A stretch of 64,000 bases of DNA from an uncultured virus (IMG/VR IMGVR_UViG_3300033121_001607) (lineage: Duplodnaviria; Heunggongvirae; Uroviricota; Caudoviricetes), in the IMG/VR virus record IMGVR_UViG_3300033121_001607. One strand, 5' to 3'. Shown here piece by piece: positions 27,301-34,215 of the stretch (the first letter of the stretch is position 1; each line of letters begins with the position of its first letter). Made by a program: the position numbers and the translations under genes. The notes below the pieces were generated by a model that saw only the letters and a program-made list of their open reading frames with translations, was not told where the DNA came from and ran no database searches.

Positions 27301-28088
27301 TTGTAAGGATCGAAAATGGGCTCTTCATTTTCAGCATAGTCCCAAATAAGATACAAATTATCGCTTGAACCAGAAACGAAAAGAGCAGCCGCATAATGTA
27401 AGGTGAAGCTAATAGAAGAATTTCCAGGCAAAGGGTCTAAAGCAAAATTGTACCAATTGTCGTCTTTGATTTCTTCTATTGTTGTTTTGTAGTTATATAT
27501 TGGAAGCGAATCGCCAGGAGATATATTATCATCGATTTCATACATTCTAAAATGCAAAGTCAAAAACTTGCTCTGATACTCTATAGAATCAGGCATTGTT
27601 TCAGAAGAACTTATAATTACAGAATCTATATAAGATTGCTGTGTTTTGGGCTTTATAGATAATTCAAACTTCTTGTTATCCTTAATAACTATTGTAGCAG
27701 AAACCCAAGACCACAGACCAGGAGTCACTGTTGCTGTGTTATCAGAACTTGTAAAACCATCAACAAATAATTCATAAGAAAACTGAGAAACATCCGTTTG
27801 AGTTCTAACTCTAAGAAAGACGGTATACTTGCCGGCCTTAGTTGCCGTAACAGGATAAGATAGAACAGGATATGACGGCGTTCCAATGGCTTGAGAAATA
27901 GCCATAGAGCCTGAACCATAAGAACCATCTACAACAATATCGAATATCGCCGATGGATCGCCTTGCTCAAGTCTCGAAAAGTTAGAGGCATCAAATGCCG
28001 CAAAACCGTCTTCCGGCACTAAGAAAGAAGCCGAAGAATCGGTCTTGCCAACGGTTCGAATAAAAACAGAAGCTTTGGTGAGTATCAT
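18312..28088 (-). CDS. Giant 3258-aa multidomain putative virion protein (split vWA, FN3-like, LamG, Kelch propeller, Ig-like repeats)
   Basis: MIDAS motif DQSGS; LamG (GLWHLNE...FDG...TFMAW...WSHVAVT...FYVNG) at ~25920-26520; six Kelch-like GG blades at ~21525-22500; second vWA half GASPLYDAL...NTDNEEN...IANQTGG; three C-terminal Ig-like repeats; no signal peptide. Confidence 0.85.
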   Translation of the reverse strand: MILTKASVFIRTVGKTDSSASFLVPEDGFAAFDASNFSRLEQGDPSAIFDIVVDGSYGSGSMAISQAIGTPSYPVLSYPVTATKAGKYTVFLRVRTQTDVSQFSYELFVDGFTSSDNTATVTPGLWSWVSATIVIKDNKKFELSIKPKTQQSYIDSVIISSSETMPDSIEYQSKFLTLHFRMYEIDDNISPGDSLPIYNYKTTIEEIKDDNWYNFALDPLPGNSSISFTLHYAAALFVSGSSDNLYLIWDYAENEEPIFDPYNVSCSLSYDSSLKIWNLDCTRNYAIRFYSFRDSIDENACKLIVPASAVAAKVVQKFDIDDLEPVFLQTKIVDIDSATNKVALNLPDRLVSIVMDQSGSLSWNDSGGLRHEITRRMIDRLEATYPGEVKYNLLSLGSTPIKLNFFAVVETDQINTNNTADVASAFFADQESGYAGVRIIRKLGAYPTGPLDGDIVTEGFVERAFDDELEENEQYYYAAYTFDSNGTFSNGRFLKASPRVKIYPHGVGGFTYRTITGSGAKRDSNTIGLWHLNESTGTFAYDFSDNPVLLSSSEDVVWLNNNDVPSGISGIRFDGVDTKLLGYDEEGKFIKTKYTFMAWAYPFNFLDKRSIISRETNSLDKMSFRFGTNTDGTLFFTFDDLTFASSNIALTANAWSHVAVTVDFLALTATFYVNGVEAGGGSLTALGYYSQEPMHIYLGGKASHFFGKLTEISVHDTIRSANYIASAAVRYERVSDKVLDNGDRIVAVKYSVPDDYNFEGGKVRVIRKAEAGVGMFSYQTPVNSDGSFGEPVLVFEGFGEKPSNEEDGDLVYETDSAPGDFVVTLPFDYVHDRIYNFRIYSQNIIGNFSLDSDSPILSIKIPAFKSKDDRNEAITTPFIGAVENVQIRAGNHKTYLTWNAINNSIVEQVFVYWSDTGPPIINNDDGVSFSALLVFSGNPSQIEFVDRNLENEIVNYYAIVAADRYGNLSDPVYVSAVPLDDADEEGIPLLEVKQFRYEVVNENAISLGWDAPVKFQKEIEAWFDQRVALYAEITDEYGAPISDASKIKFSVKANVDSAQLAEDVFGDVVGTTALIPEAKDCYVLSSTVIGNGLIRGVFRMTPDLDILSAINSLSAQINVSYGIPNRDNPSENAFQFESLPVTIEMRNPFAMELVNIGDNAANFGTITSSGTRRKSKRRRSAVSTTAPLPDNQASGSGDIVKILCKQTVPLDDQEFISSGGLLFDPDKFAEFNGCWIRRSRPFMARVVVTYRGQALPDGGNCGVAVFEASDPQCDPDKSSGSNPCSQTGGSNEKEPFVPTFSTRRSRSVQPPATSIPLRIGLQRLNDGTTRQVTYTDIPLRVPKTPQAIMLFTKVGFNGYYARKKMYIVFENILRVETTIEPPESNCIDVSEQMANIYLIDPDSPNIDKPRKIPVTDQQIVRWNLRKGRNAKDRPFYSTDNVPSGPGVFSYTKGGMARKIFFGPACGVTWELYIPCPGNIVYLPELYAIKASIVYDGLSAFEERPAIIYPANFGGRGFGSRFLMDMPQYVNTLYADGYSLVRCTVYHDPNITVGSTADCFRQCAENANRPIFVLDNGQIVEIESGDSFEILYGDNLEVVYDEDIEEYIVNNANQSEGFAQIPLVQSGETTTFYLRINKFVGRPQPDSGSGNDNGDPNQSSNSCDCIEVPPGLIKKEGLSVIDGRTTINFNGETRYLRGGGDLKTGIPPTTIDLKEPLDISVVDIRRNGQSVEKLLCDGVAVHEFVLEVTFKARPVPNGTPVFLTIGGKNAEKIILQNDTIFTEKLNDSILNPEGDVRSFASFFVAPFGPESAFEAQVQAETNYDKRGDVERSMTCCVSIKYDPSQPKEEGPEDKPEGEISNVFSATLDVYDTYTNEWAAKASMNYPRGCLTTSWDFDAYGERLFAIGGLNGKSILSYNEMYDIGEDKWHIKKSMNTPRFYHMAVQDYGYIYVFGGITANGTELVISSSVERYDIDNNTWEELSPMPVFDQNTYGVALGACVVSNGKAYIIGGIRKIGTRGSIDAVNDRVLVFDFETLTWSWSNQFVDEDLILYSRVSPFAFVEADQAKIHVVGGAIPGEKNEETGEQPLQFITDSFEIDLDTLEIVLDDYIYRQIPSPRYRGSCVSILDQHYFLGGTSDKSQVLNILDIITESSPVYSYAEGERMPIAKTAFGCSSDNWRYVYSCGGLTSGRPAGFLQIKARVSPSYIRLDGKQSATVSIELLNDVGEHPNKGVRVLVQGVLLFPNSQIENKVTGGDQSQQQSDNQAIRDALVYPVVFSSNDFYIYNGVASTIMLPRADDILKKISEIKEKLGIQDTVAGEGGNEGNNTLLIKEGEVRNPYAIKVRITVIDDFYYGQTVIDIKDNEDSITNNTTGGSTDSSPDSGNDNSGGSSSSGNIQEFEGCRSVEGSQAVEQSSNENNYNPGRDSENNQPIDQSLKENDNPVFDLNPPQTPQLESPEVQYFSDIEWIPQIIVHVENGEFEDMAKGLTRLRNEIPFGASPLYDALVKNAAIMLDEDLDQYAKVIYVNTDNEENLSINTSDTAIQDVQAIDGFGKVPVVINNFSVVFPVTLSALVSRTDTDSLDAIANQTGGQSQTILDAAYIDEILNNSLGRVEGSIGWGLYECIIDLNKNSIINTVSLDYELYPNTDGGWKMATSEDGFNYSDYSDSFNPNTEISLVNVNARYIKFKVTLLSGLSSYIENEYDLVPTPGVPALTAINIKYSVPTESFIYLKPETTDFSPQQIAVAVSANKPDLSTIQVGATTSSSYNWSDYYSGAQPASDRYGKIFIPIRYNQEQDTTLNEPLDNINGFMWKARYGKWDVTSRVAILDKDGEAIASDGYELYPKEGLVVFSSKQLGPFSVSIENSGNLRLGVRILNMDSYNPVEIDGVAYMYNTNVFLPPPLSQRPPTITSFRVAPSTLTIYQSISLSYKYFDINQRSEDTDQTIIRWYINGVEIEYLRNLRTWNNINDINDPIWVYALSFRPENVPAGTSYEQYAREKGESILKVGDVVYATIKASDGILFSDVVRSPSVTAIEAPPFITTITIKGKKNDGTVQDTVTTTTRAFADFAYFQDGDGNTSSQIIWYVNGVEFKRGDLGITVGGISNNEIIPGEVKNNIVGIAIGNVLEVTILPASQNIIGNPVTSAAVSVENDPPTVRNVTVSPSPTASSASALQLTYTYVDAESQQQGSTQNDQSSIRWFRALSGSSTFEEVSSLQNVRIVPAVNTASGQRWKAEVIPFDGISVGTATQSNTVEIV

Positions 28089-29761
28089 GTATATATACTT
28101 ATTTGTTTCTTAAAGACATTATCGTACCAATCCTTAACTTCAATCAGTACGTCACTCCAGAACGAGGTCGTAGGAGCGTCCCAAGCTCCTTCCCAAACGC
28201 CAAAATTCCTAATGCCTATTGATATTGCATACTTAATAGTTTCGACCCAAACCTTTCTAAACTGCACTGTATTTGCATCGTTTGTATTGTAGGAAGAGGA
28301 AACTGAGCTTTGAGTAGAGCCGTCATTTCGAACACTCCAGGCAGAAAACCAAGGACACATAGGGTTATCCGCTCCTCCCGCAACAACGCCATTATAAAGC
28401 CCTCTTCTCATGTGCTGCATTCTAAACCAATTCCAATCTGAAAAATCAGCAGGATAATAATTAGAAAAGTCATACGTCATATAGTTTCTAAAAGTTGATA
28501 ATCTAGGATCTATTGTTGAAAAATATTGATTATAATAGTTGCTAAGATCTTCAGAAACATAAATAGAAAAATCAGATTGATCAAAACATCGCATACTAGC
28601 TGATTGCATCCAATTGGTAAGAGTTGGCATATTGTCAAAAATAGCATAACCATTCATTGCTCTAAGATTTGTATTTTGAACTCCAATTCTTGTTGTTTTA
28701 TGATATTTAGTGTAAAGACTTTGTTGCGCATTTGAAAATACCATATTTGGGAAATATTGCAAAGCGGGTTCGCAAGAGCTTTTCCATATGCAATAATCTC
28801 TAGAAGTAGTATATAAAACCGAAGCTCTCCAAAAACCCTCAAAAGCCTTTGGTGTTCTTATATATCCATCAGTAGCAAAATCAAGACAAGGCCAATCGCC
28901 TCCGTCTCTGTGATTTGCTTGATTCCAAAACTGTTGAAAAGTTCTTTGACCATCAACTAAAAAATCGGCGTCTGACGAACGAGAATCTTGCAAACAACAG
29001 TTTATGTAACCAATATCATTAATATCAAACTGATCCACACAAGCAAGTTCAGCATGAGTTCCTGATATTGGATAAACAGCGACTCCTGGATAAAAATCTA
29101 GCCCAGTTGATTCAACATTAAAGTTGCAAAAATACGGATCTTTATACCCTATACTGGAAAGGCCAAGTTTGAGTTTTGTCCAAAACTCAGTATCCCAGTC
29201 GCGGTTATTATCTATACCATTTTTTGACCACATACCATAGTTCAAACCATTTAATATAGAAGGTCTTTCTTCTGGTCTGTTCATGAACAAAAATGTATTA
29301 AAACCGTCTGGTGTTCCATCAAGATCAGGAGGGGAACTAGGCGGATATCCCCATGTAAAGTTTCTAATTGAATACTCAAAATCGGCTCTTCCAACAGAGC
29401 GCATTTGAGAGTTTACATAAGGAATAATTTCTTGACAAACTTGATTAACAAAATAATCAACATTTCTTACAGCGATTCCGGAGTCTCTTGGATTATATCT
29501 AATATGAGGCATAACCCAAGGATGACTCCACAGAGGTTGATCCTGAACGTCTGGCCCCTGCAAGGCCCCAGTAAATACGTTTTTCTCAAAAGCTTCTTCA
29601 AAAAGGAAATAAGGTTCTCTATCAAACTGAGGACGACCAATTGGTAAACTTAGATCAGGAACAAAGTCAGGAAGTTCAGCCCAGTTTCTTTTTGATTGGA
29701 AACCAGAACCAGCCCTAACTATCTGTCCTTTCCCGCTAGGTTTTCTTCCTATATATTCCAT
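28085..29761 (-). CDS. Aromatic-rich hypothetical protein, possible glycoside-hydrolase-like TIM barrel
   Basis: 558 aa, W/Y/F-rich, with segments NFNVE, EPALQYFPNMVFSN, PWF and AISIGIRNFGVW resembling barrel strands. The ORF is solid; the function is tentative. Confidence 0.6.
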   Translation of the reverse strand: MEYIGRKPSGKGQIVRAGSGFQSKRNWAELPDFVPDLSLPIGRPQFDREPYFLFEEAFEKNVFTGALQGPDVQDQPLWSHPWVMPHIRYNPRDSGIAVRNVDYFVNQVCQEIIPYVNSQMRSVGRADFEYSIRNFTWGYPPSSPPDLDGTPDGFNTFLFMNRPEERPSILNGLNYGMWSKNGIDNNRDWDTEFWTKLKLGLSSIGYKDPYFCNFNVESTGLDFYPGVAVYPISGTHAELACVDQFDINDIGYINCCLQDSRSSDADFLVDGQRTFQQFWNQANHRDGGDWPCLDFATDGYIRTPKAFEGFWRASVLYTTSRDYCIWKSSCEPALQYFPNMVFSNAQQSLYTKYHKTTRIGVQNTNLRAMNGYAIFDNMPTLTNWMQSASMRCFDQSDFSIYVSEDLSNYYNQYFSTIDPRLSTFRNYMTYDFSNYYPADFSDWNWFRMQHMRRGLYNGVVAGGADNPMCPWFSAWSVRNDGSTQSSVSSSYNTNDANTVQFRKVWVETIKYAISIGIRNFGVWEGAWDAPTTSFWSDVLIEVKDWYDNVFKKQISIYT

Positions 29762-29818
29762 ATTTAACTCTTTGTTTTATAACGACGGGGATATTAGTAA
29801 TAATCTATTTTGTCCCTA

Positions 29819-32800
29819 TTAGTTAATTGTTGAACCTGTAGCAAGCTTTCTAATAAAGCTCTCGGAGGCCAATTTAAAGTAAGCGTTCCCAAAGAGCCAT
29901 ATGTCTGAATTAATTATCAAAACCTTATGTATAGTTGGAAGTTTTGAAGTTGTATAAACTAAAAAATCATCGGTATAAACAACATAACGACCGTCAGATA
30001 GCCCTATTAGCGATTTAGTAAAATCAGAATCAATATCATTAACGCCAATAGCGGCGGAATCTTCAATATCTCCAAGAATGTCAAGAAGTTGCAACGAAAG
30101 ATTTCCGCTATAGAAGGAACCTCCGTCTTGGAAAAGACCTTTTGTTGTTCCAAATAACATTTGAGAACGATGCTTTTGAAGTTTATTAACAATTTGATTA
30201 TTTACAACACCAACCCTAATCCAGTTAAATCCATCAGTTGAATAATAACTCTCTCCATTATCAGAAACAGCCATTGCGGCGTCAGGGGAAGACATAACGT
30301 TTACGGGTAGAGAAGTTGAAACAACTTTTGTCCATGTTGATGAAGAATTCTTTCTTGCATAAACGCCATCTTCTGCCCCAACAACAAGATTACTTCCAAA
30401 TATACTTATAAAACTATGCAGTTTCTTTGGTAAGCCAGAAGCAGAATCTTTGGTTATCTTCTGCGTATTTACATCAAAGAAATACAGTTTAGATTCATCG
30501 AGAATGTAGACTGTATTTTGATATTTTCTGATATCCTTAACCAAAAGGGTTCTATCAGATTTAAAAGAAAGTCTATTTACTTCCTTTGTTACTGTATTTA
30601 TTGTTAAAACTCCTCCATAACCGCCAACAAATACAGAACCAAGTTCAGGAATACTTAGTACAGCGTTAGCGCATGGCAGCGACAAATTTCTGTTATTAAG
30701 ATCCGCAAATATCTCATAATCAACGGTTGAGTTTTCTTTATCATACCAATCAGAATTGCATGGAATACAATATTTCGCTTGATAAGGCGGAGCGACGGAG
30801 CTTTGCAATCCTGGACTAATTCTTTCGCCAGCAATACCTCCAGACAATATGTTAGAATGATGAACTTGGCTCAAATGAGACGGAGCCCCGGAGTTTATCC
30901 ATTCAAAAGTATCCTCTATAGTCCAGTGAGGCATTCCAACATTCATCAAAGAAGGATTAACTATATCAACCTCGACTCTATTGTATTTAGCAAGAGCCTT
31001 AGGTAGTTCGATAACTCCGTCAACGGAATTCGCTACTGCAACGATCTCGAAGCCTGAATAGTCTTCTGGAAACTGGTCCCCAACACCGCCCGAAGGAACG
31101 TTTTTATATCTCTGAACACCAAACCCTTCTACCTCATCCCTTTTTTCAGTTCCTCCTAAAGAGACAATACCATACTTGCCATACAAAGCAATAAAAGAAG
31201 AACTGCCTAACAAATCACCACCAACACCAAACGATATCGGAGGTGGAGGATCAATATCTATATTGTATGTAAAGTTTCTTTGTTCTATAAACCTTGAAAC
31301 AGGATACCAATTTTGCTGCATATCTCCCGTTACCGAAACGGCGTCATTATGAGTGTAAACAGTTGCCCACCAGATAGCCCCATGACATCCGCTCATATAC
31401 AAAGATCTATATGTAAAATCAGATATGTTTGAGTTTACATATCCGCTGGCTCGAAGATAGCCATTCCATATAAACGGATAAAGCGGTTTATTAGCTATTC
31501 TTGCAATATCATGAAAATTCCTAATGGACATTAAATAAAAGATTCTTTGTTGTATTGGATCGGCTTGTTTTCTTCCTGCTTGAGAGTAATACAAATTAGA
31601 ATCGTAATTAACCGTTCTATCCCAAAGATACATTGCTGGCGAAATAAAATCAAACGATTGAATCCATTCCTTCCAATAATAAATTTCCAAATCTCTTAAC
31701 GAGTTTGCTACGTCAGGATTCTGAGAACCAAAATCCAAACCGTCTACAGACCATATTCCGCGAGTTGGGATCGCTCCAAAAAAGCCTATCTTTTGAACAT
31801 TTGGTCTTAGCTGTCTAATAACATCATTTAGCTCATTTATCCAAACAATCCAACGCTCTGCCCATTTCTTCTGCAAATAATCGTCTTGCTGTTCAATAGT
31901 CTTACCGGAAGACCATCCTGGCTCTGATTGATCAACAGCCCAAATCCACCAATCCCTCAATGTTCTTGCTGATAAACCAGAAGACGGGGATGAGCGAATA
32001 AGCGTTGAACTTGCATACTGACTCATCATTGAAAGACCGTTTCCAACCTGAACGGCAACTTGAGTGTCTGAGGTGTTATAGGCTTTTAATTCAAAATTAT
32101 GAAAAATACTCCCAGTAAATGCAGACGGTATATATGGAACCCCACCAGACCTACCAAGGCCGGTTATGTTTTGATCTAAAGTTGCTTTTGCTTTATCAAG
32201 TTTATCTTGTTGAAATAACCAAAGCAGCGAGTCTCCTGATCCTGAAACAAAATCATTTGTAATGCCAGAAACAGGAATCCAAGAATGCTGACTTCCGCTT
32301 GGTAATGTCCAGTCATAATAAGCATCAAACTGATACAGTCCTATCATTTCTGATATATTTGGAACATTTGAACTATAGGTTATATGAATATCTTTTGGTA
32401 AACAAACCTTTCTGCCTCCAAGTAGCGAATCTCCAGTTTGGCATATTGAAGAACTCCCGCTAAGAGCAAATACAGAAGAATATGTCACAAACGATTCTTT
32501 CCAACTTAGTTTATTTGGAAGAAGGCACTCTCTTCTAACAATATAATCAATTGTAATTGGAACTGCTTGATGTTTGCTTTCAATATACTGAACATAATTT
32601 TCATATGCAGTATTTGTTGTCGATGTCGGTCCATAATCGGCATACCAAGAGGCAATTGGCATATACACCCAAGGATCTAATCCAGAAAATAACAAATCAA
32701 GAAACCAATCCCTTCCGCCTTTAGAATAGTCTTTGGTTAAAAACTCTGACCTGTCAACATATCCAGGAGCAACATAAAGGTACAGGGAATTATCATTCCT

Positions 32801-34213
32801 TGCGCCAGATGCCATAGAGACAGACGGATAAGACGCTCTCCATCCTTGAAGATACTGAGCAATATATGGACTCGTTATATTTTCTGGCAAACCAAGAAGA
32901 GACAATCCGCTAACAGATTTCAATCCACCCTCAAAGAAATTATCAGTTTCAAACTGATCATGAAGAGCCTCGTCTTCTTGAAAATCAACGGCTGCCTCGC
33001 TAAAATCGCCAAGATTAACTTTATTCAATGTATTATCAGCGGCAAAAATAACTCTAAACTGATTCTCTTCCTCCCATTCTTTAATTTCAGCAAGAGAGTT
33101 TCTTAGAGACTGTGGAAGATTGGTAAAGAACGCAGGATTTTCTCCTTGGTCAGTATTTCCCCAGCCAGCAATATTTAAATACATAACAGCTTGATAACCA
33201 TATGTTTTTAGCAATGAAACATCAACTGTTGAATTAAGAAGTTCTCTCCATCCGCTTACTGTTTGAGGATTGATATATTCTTGTCCTGGTAAAGGAAGGC
33301 GACCTTGTAAACTCTGCTTGTCTTGTTTGCTAAAAAGATAGTATCTTCTTTGATTGTCTTTTGCGGCAAAATACGCTTTTGGAGCATTAGGGCCTGCGAG
33401 ATTGACGCCATATATTCTTCCGCTAATTCTCGGTCCAACATTAGCATCTGAATGATTGGCCCAGAACCAAACAAAATAAGGTTCATAAGATCTTAGAGCG
33501 GCTGTTTTTCTATAAGAAGCACTACCGCTATATAAGGTAAAAGAGTTATAATCTTCATATCTCAGCCAAACTTTCCAGGTTCTCGTTTCTCCCGCTTCAA
33601 ACTTATCGATTATGCCCTTATCTGTATTTACATTACCTTCTATTCTAAAATAAGCTTTAAGAGTTGAAGAATCAAAATCTCCATAAATCTTAAATGGATA
33701 TGGATAATTGGTCGAAACGCTTGTCATTTGACAAGCAAAATTTGGTAATCCTGTCTTCCAGTTTTCAATAGCTAAACAAGGAGCAAACCAATTAGCGCTA
33801 TATATGGCGTTTGGATTTCCAAACTTATCTGTTAGTGGATTTTTAACCGCTGGATAACTAATGGTCTCAGGCCTCATTCCGTATGAATCATGATTCATAT
33901 AATTAAGAACATGCCTATAATAAGAATTTGATCCCGCACCAGTCCAATTGGGATGATACATTCCTGAATTAATGCGAATAAATGGAGCGGATTGCTGAAT
34001 TTGAGTTTTATTCTTAACTGTAATAGTTAGGTTTATGCCTCTTGATTCAACAAGTTCTCTATTGACATTAACTTCCCAAGCCGCTCCGTTATTTATAAGC
34101 GCAGCACCACTAGAGCTATCTCTTACAATAGAAGAATCGTAATCATTTGGATCAAACCATACAAACTTCTGACTATTAGGGCTACCGGCTTCTCTTGGCG
34201 AAAACAATGACAT
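29819..34213 (-). CDS. 1464-aa protein with a GH56 (hyaluronidase)-like domain and a C-terminal beta-propeller
   Basis: FTGSIFHNFE...LRPNVQKIGFFGAIP...FDFISPAMYL...PLYPFIW...SGCHGAIWW; C-terminal blades LVVGAEDGVY, YYSTDGFNW and LFGTTKGLF. Confidence 0.7.
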   Translation of the reverse strand: MSLFSPREAGSPNSQKFVWFDPNDYDSSIVRDSSSGAALINNGAAWEVNVNRELVESRGINLTITVKNKTQIQQSAPFIRINSGMYHPNWTGAGSNSYYRHVLNYMNHDSYGMRPETISYPAVKNPLTDKFGNPNAIYSANWFAPCLAIENWKTGLPNFACQMTSVSTNYPYPFKIYGDFDSSTLKAYFRIEGNVNTDKGIIDKFEAGETRTWKVWLRYEDYNSFTLYSGSASYRKTAALRSYEPYFVWFWANHSDANVGPRISGRIYGVNLAGPNAPKAYFAAKDNQRRYYLFSKQDKQSLQGRLPLPGQEYINPQTVSGWRELLNSTVDVSLLKTYGYQAVMYLNIAGWGNTDQGENPAFFTNLPQSLRNSLAEIKEWEEENQFRVIFAADNTLNKVNLGDFSEAAVDFQEDEALHDQFETDNFFEGGLKSVSGLSLLGLPENITSPYIAQYLQGWRASYPSVSMASGARNDNSLYLYVAPGYVDRSEFLTKDYSKGGRDWFLDLLFSGLDPWVYMPIASWYADYGPTSTTNTAYENYVQYIESKHQAVPITIDYIVRRECLLPNKLSWKESFVTYSSVFALSGSSSICQTGDSLLGGRKVCLPKDIHITYSSNVPNISEMIGLYQFDAYYDWTLPSGSQHSWIPVSGITNDFVSGSGDSLLWLFQQDKLDKAKATLDQNITGLGRSGGVPYIPSAFTGSIFHNFELKAYNTSDTQVAVQVGNGLSMMSQYASSTLIRSSPSSGLSARTLRDWWIWAVDQSEPGWSSGKTIEQQDDYLQKKWAERWIVWINELNDVIRQLRPNVQKIGFFGAIPTRGIWSVDGLDFGSQNPDVANSLRDLEIYYWKEWIQSFDFISPAMYLWDRTVNYDSNLYYSQAGRKQADPIQQRIFYLMSIRNFHDIARIANKPLYPFIWNGYLRASGYVNSNISDFTYRSLYMSGCHGAIWWATVYTHNDAVSVTGDMQQNWYPVSRFIEQRNFTYNIDIDPPPPISFGVGGDLLGSSSFIALYGKYGIVSLGGTEKRDEVEGFGVQRYKNVPSGGVGDQFPEDYSGFEIVAVANSVDGVIELPKALAKYNRVEVDIVNPSLMNVGMPHWTIEDTFEWINSGAPSHLSQVHHSNILSGGIAGERISPGLQSSVAPPYQAKYCIPCNSDWYDKENSTVDYEIFADLNNRNLSLPCANAVLSIPELGSVFVGGYGGVLTINTVTKEVNRLSFKSDRTLLVKDIRKYQNTVYILDESKLYFFDVNTQKITKDSASGLPKKLHSFISIFGSNLVVGAEDGVYARKNSSSTWTKVVSTSLPVNVMSSPDAAMAVSDNGESYYSTDGFNWIRVGVVNNQIVNKLQKHRSQMLFGTTKGLFQDGGSFYSGNLSLQLLDILGDIEDSAAIGVNDIDSDFTKSLIGLSDGRYVVYTDDFLVYTTSKLPTIHKVLIINSDIWLFGNAYFKLASESFIRKLATGSTIN

Positions 34214-34215
34214 GC

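Noticed and set aside
29779..29786. GTCGTTAT box upstream of the 558-aa gene as a third sigma28 promoter
   Set aside because: There is no TAAA at 15-16 nt spacing and the distance to ATG differs; too weak to call.
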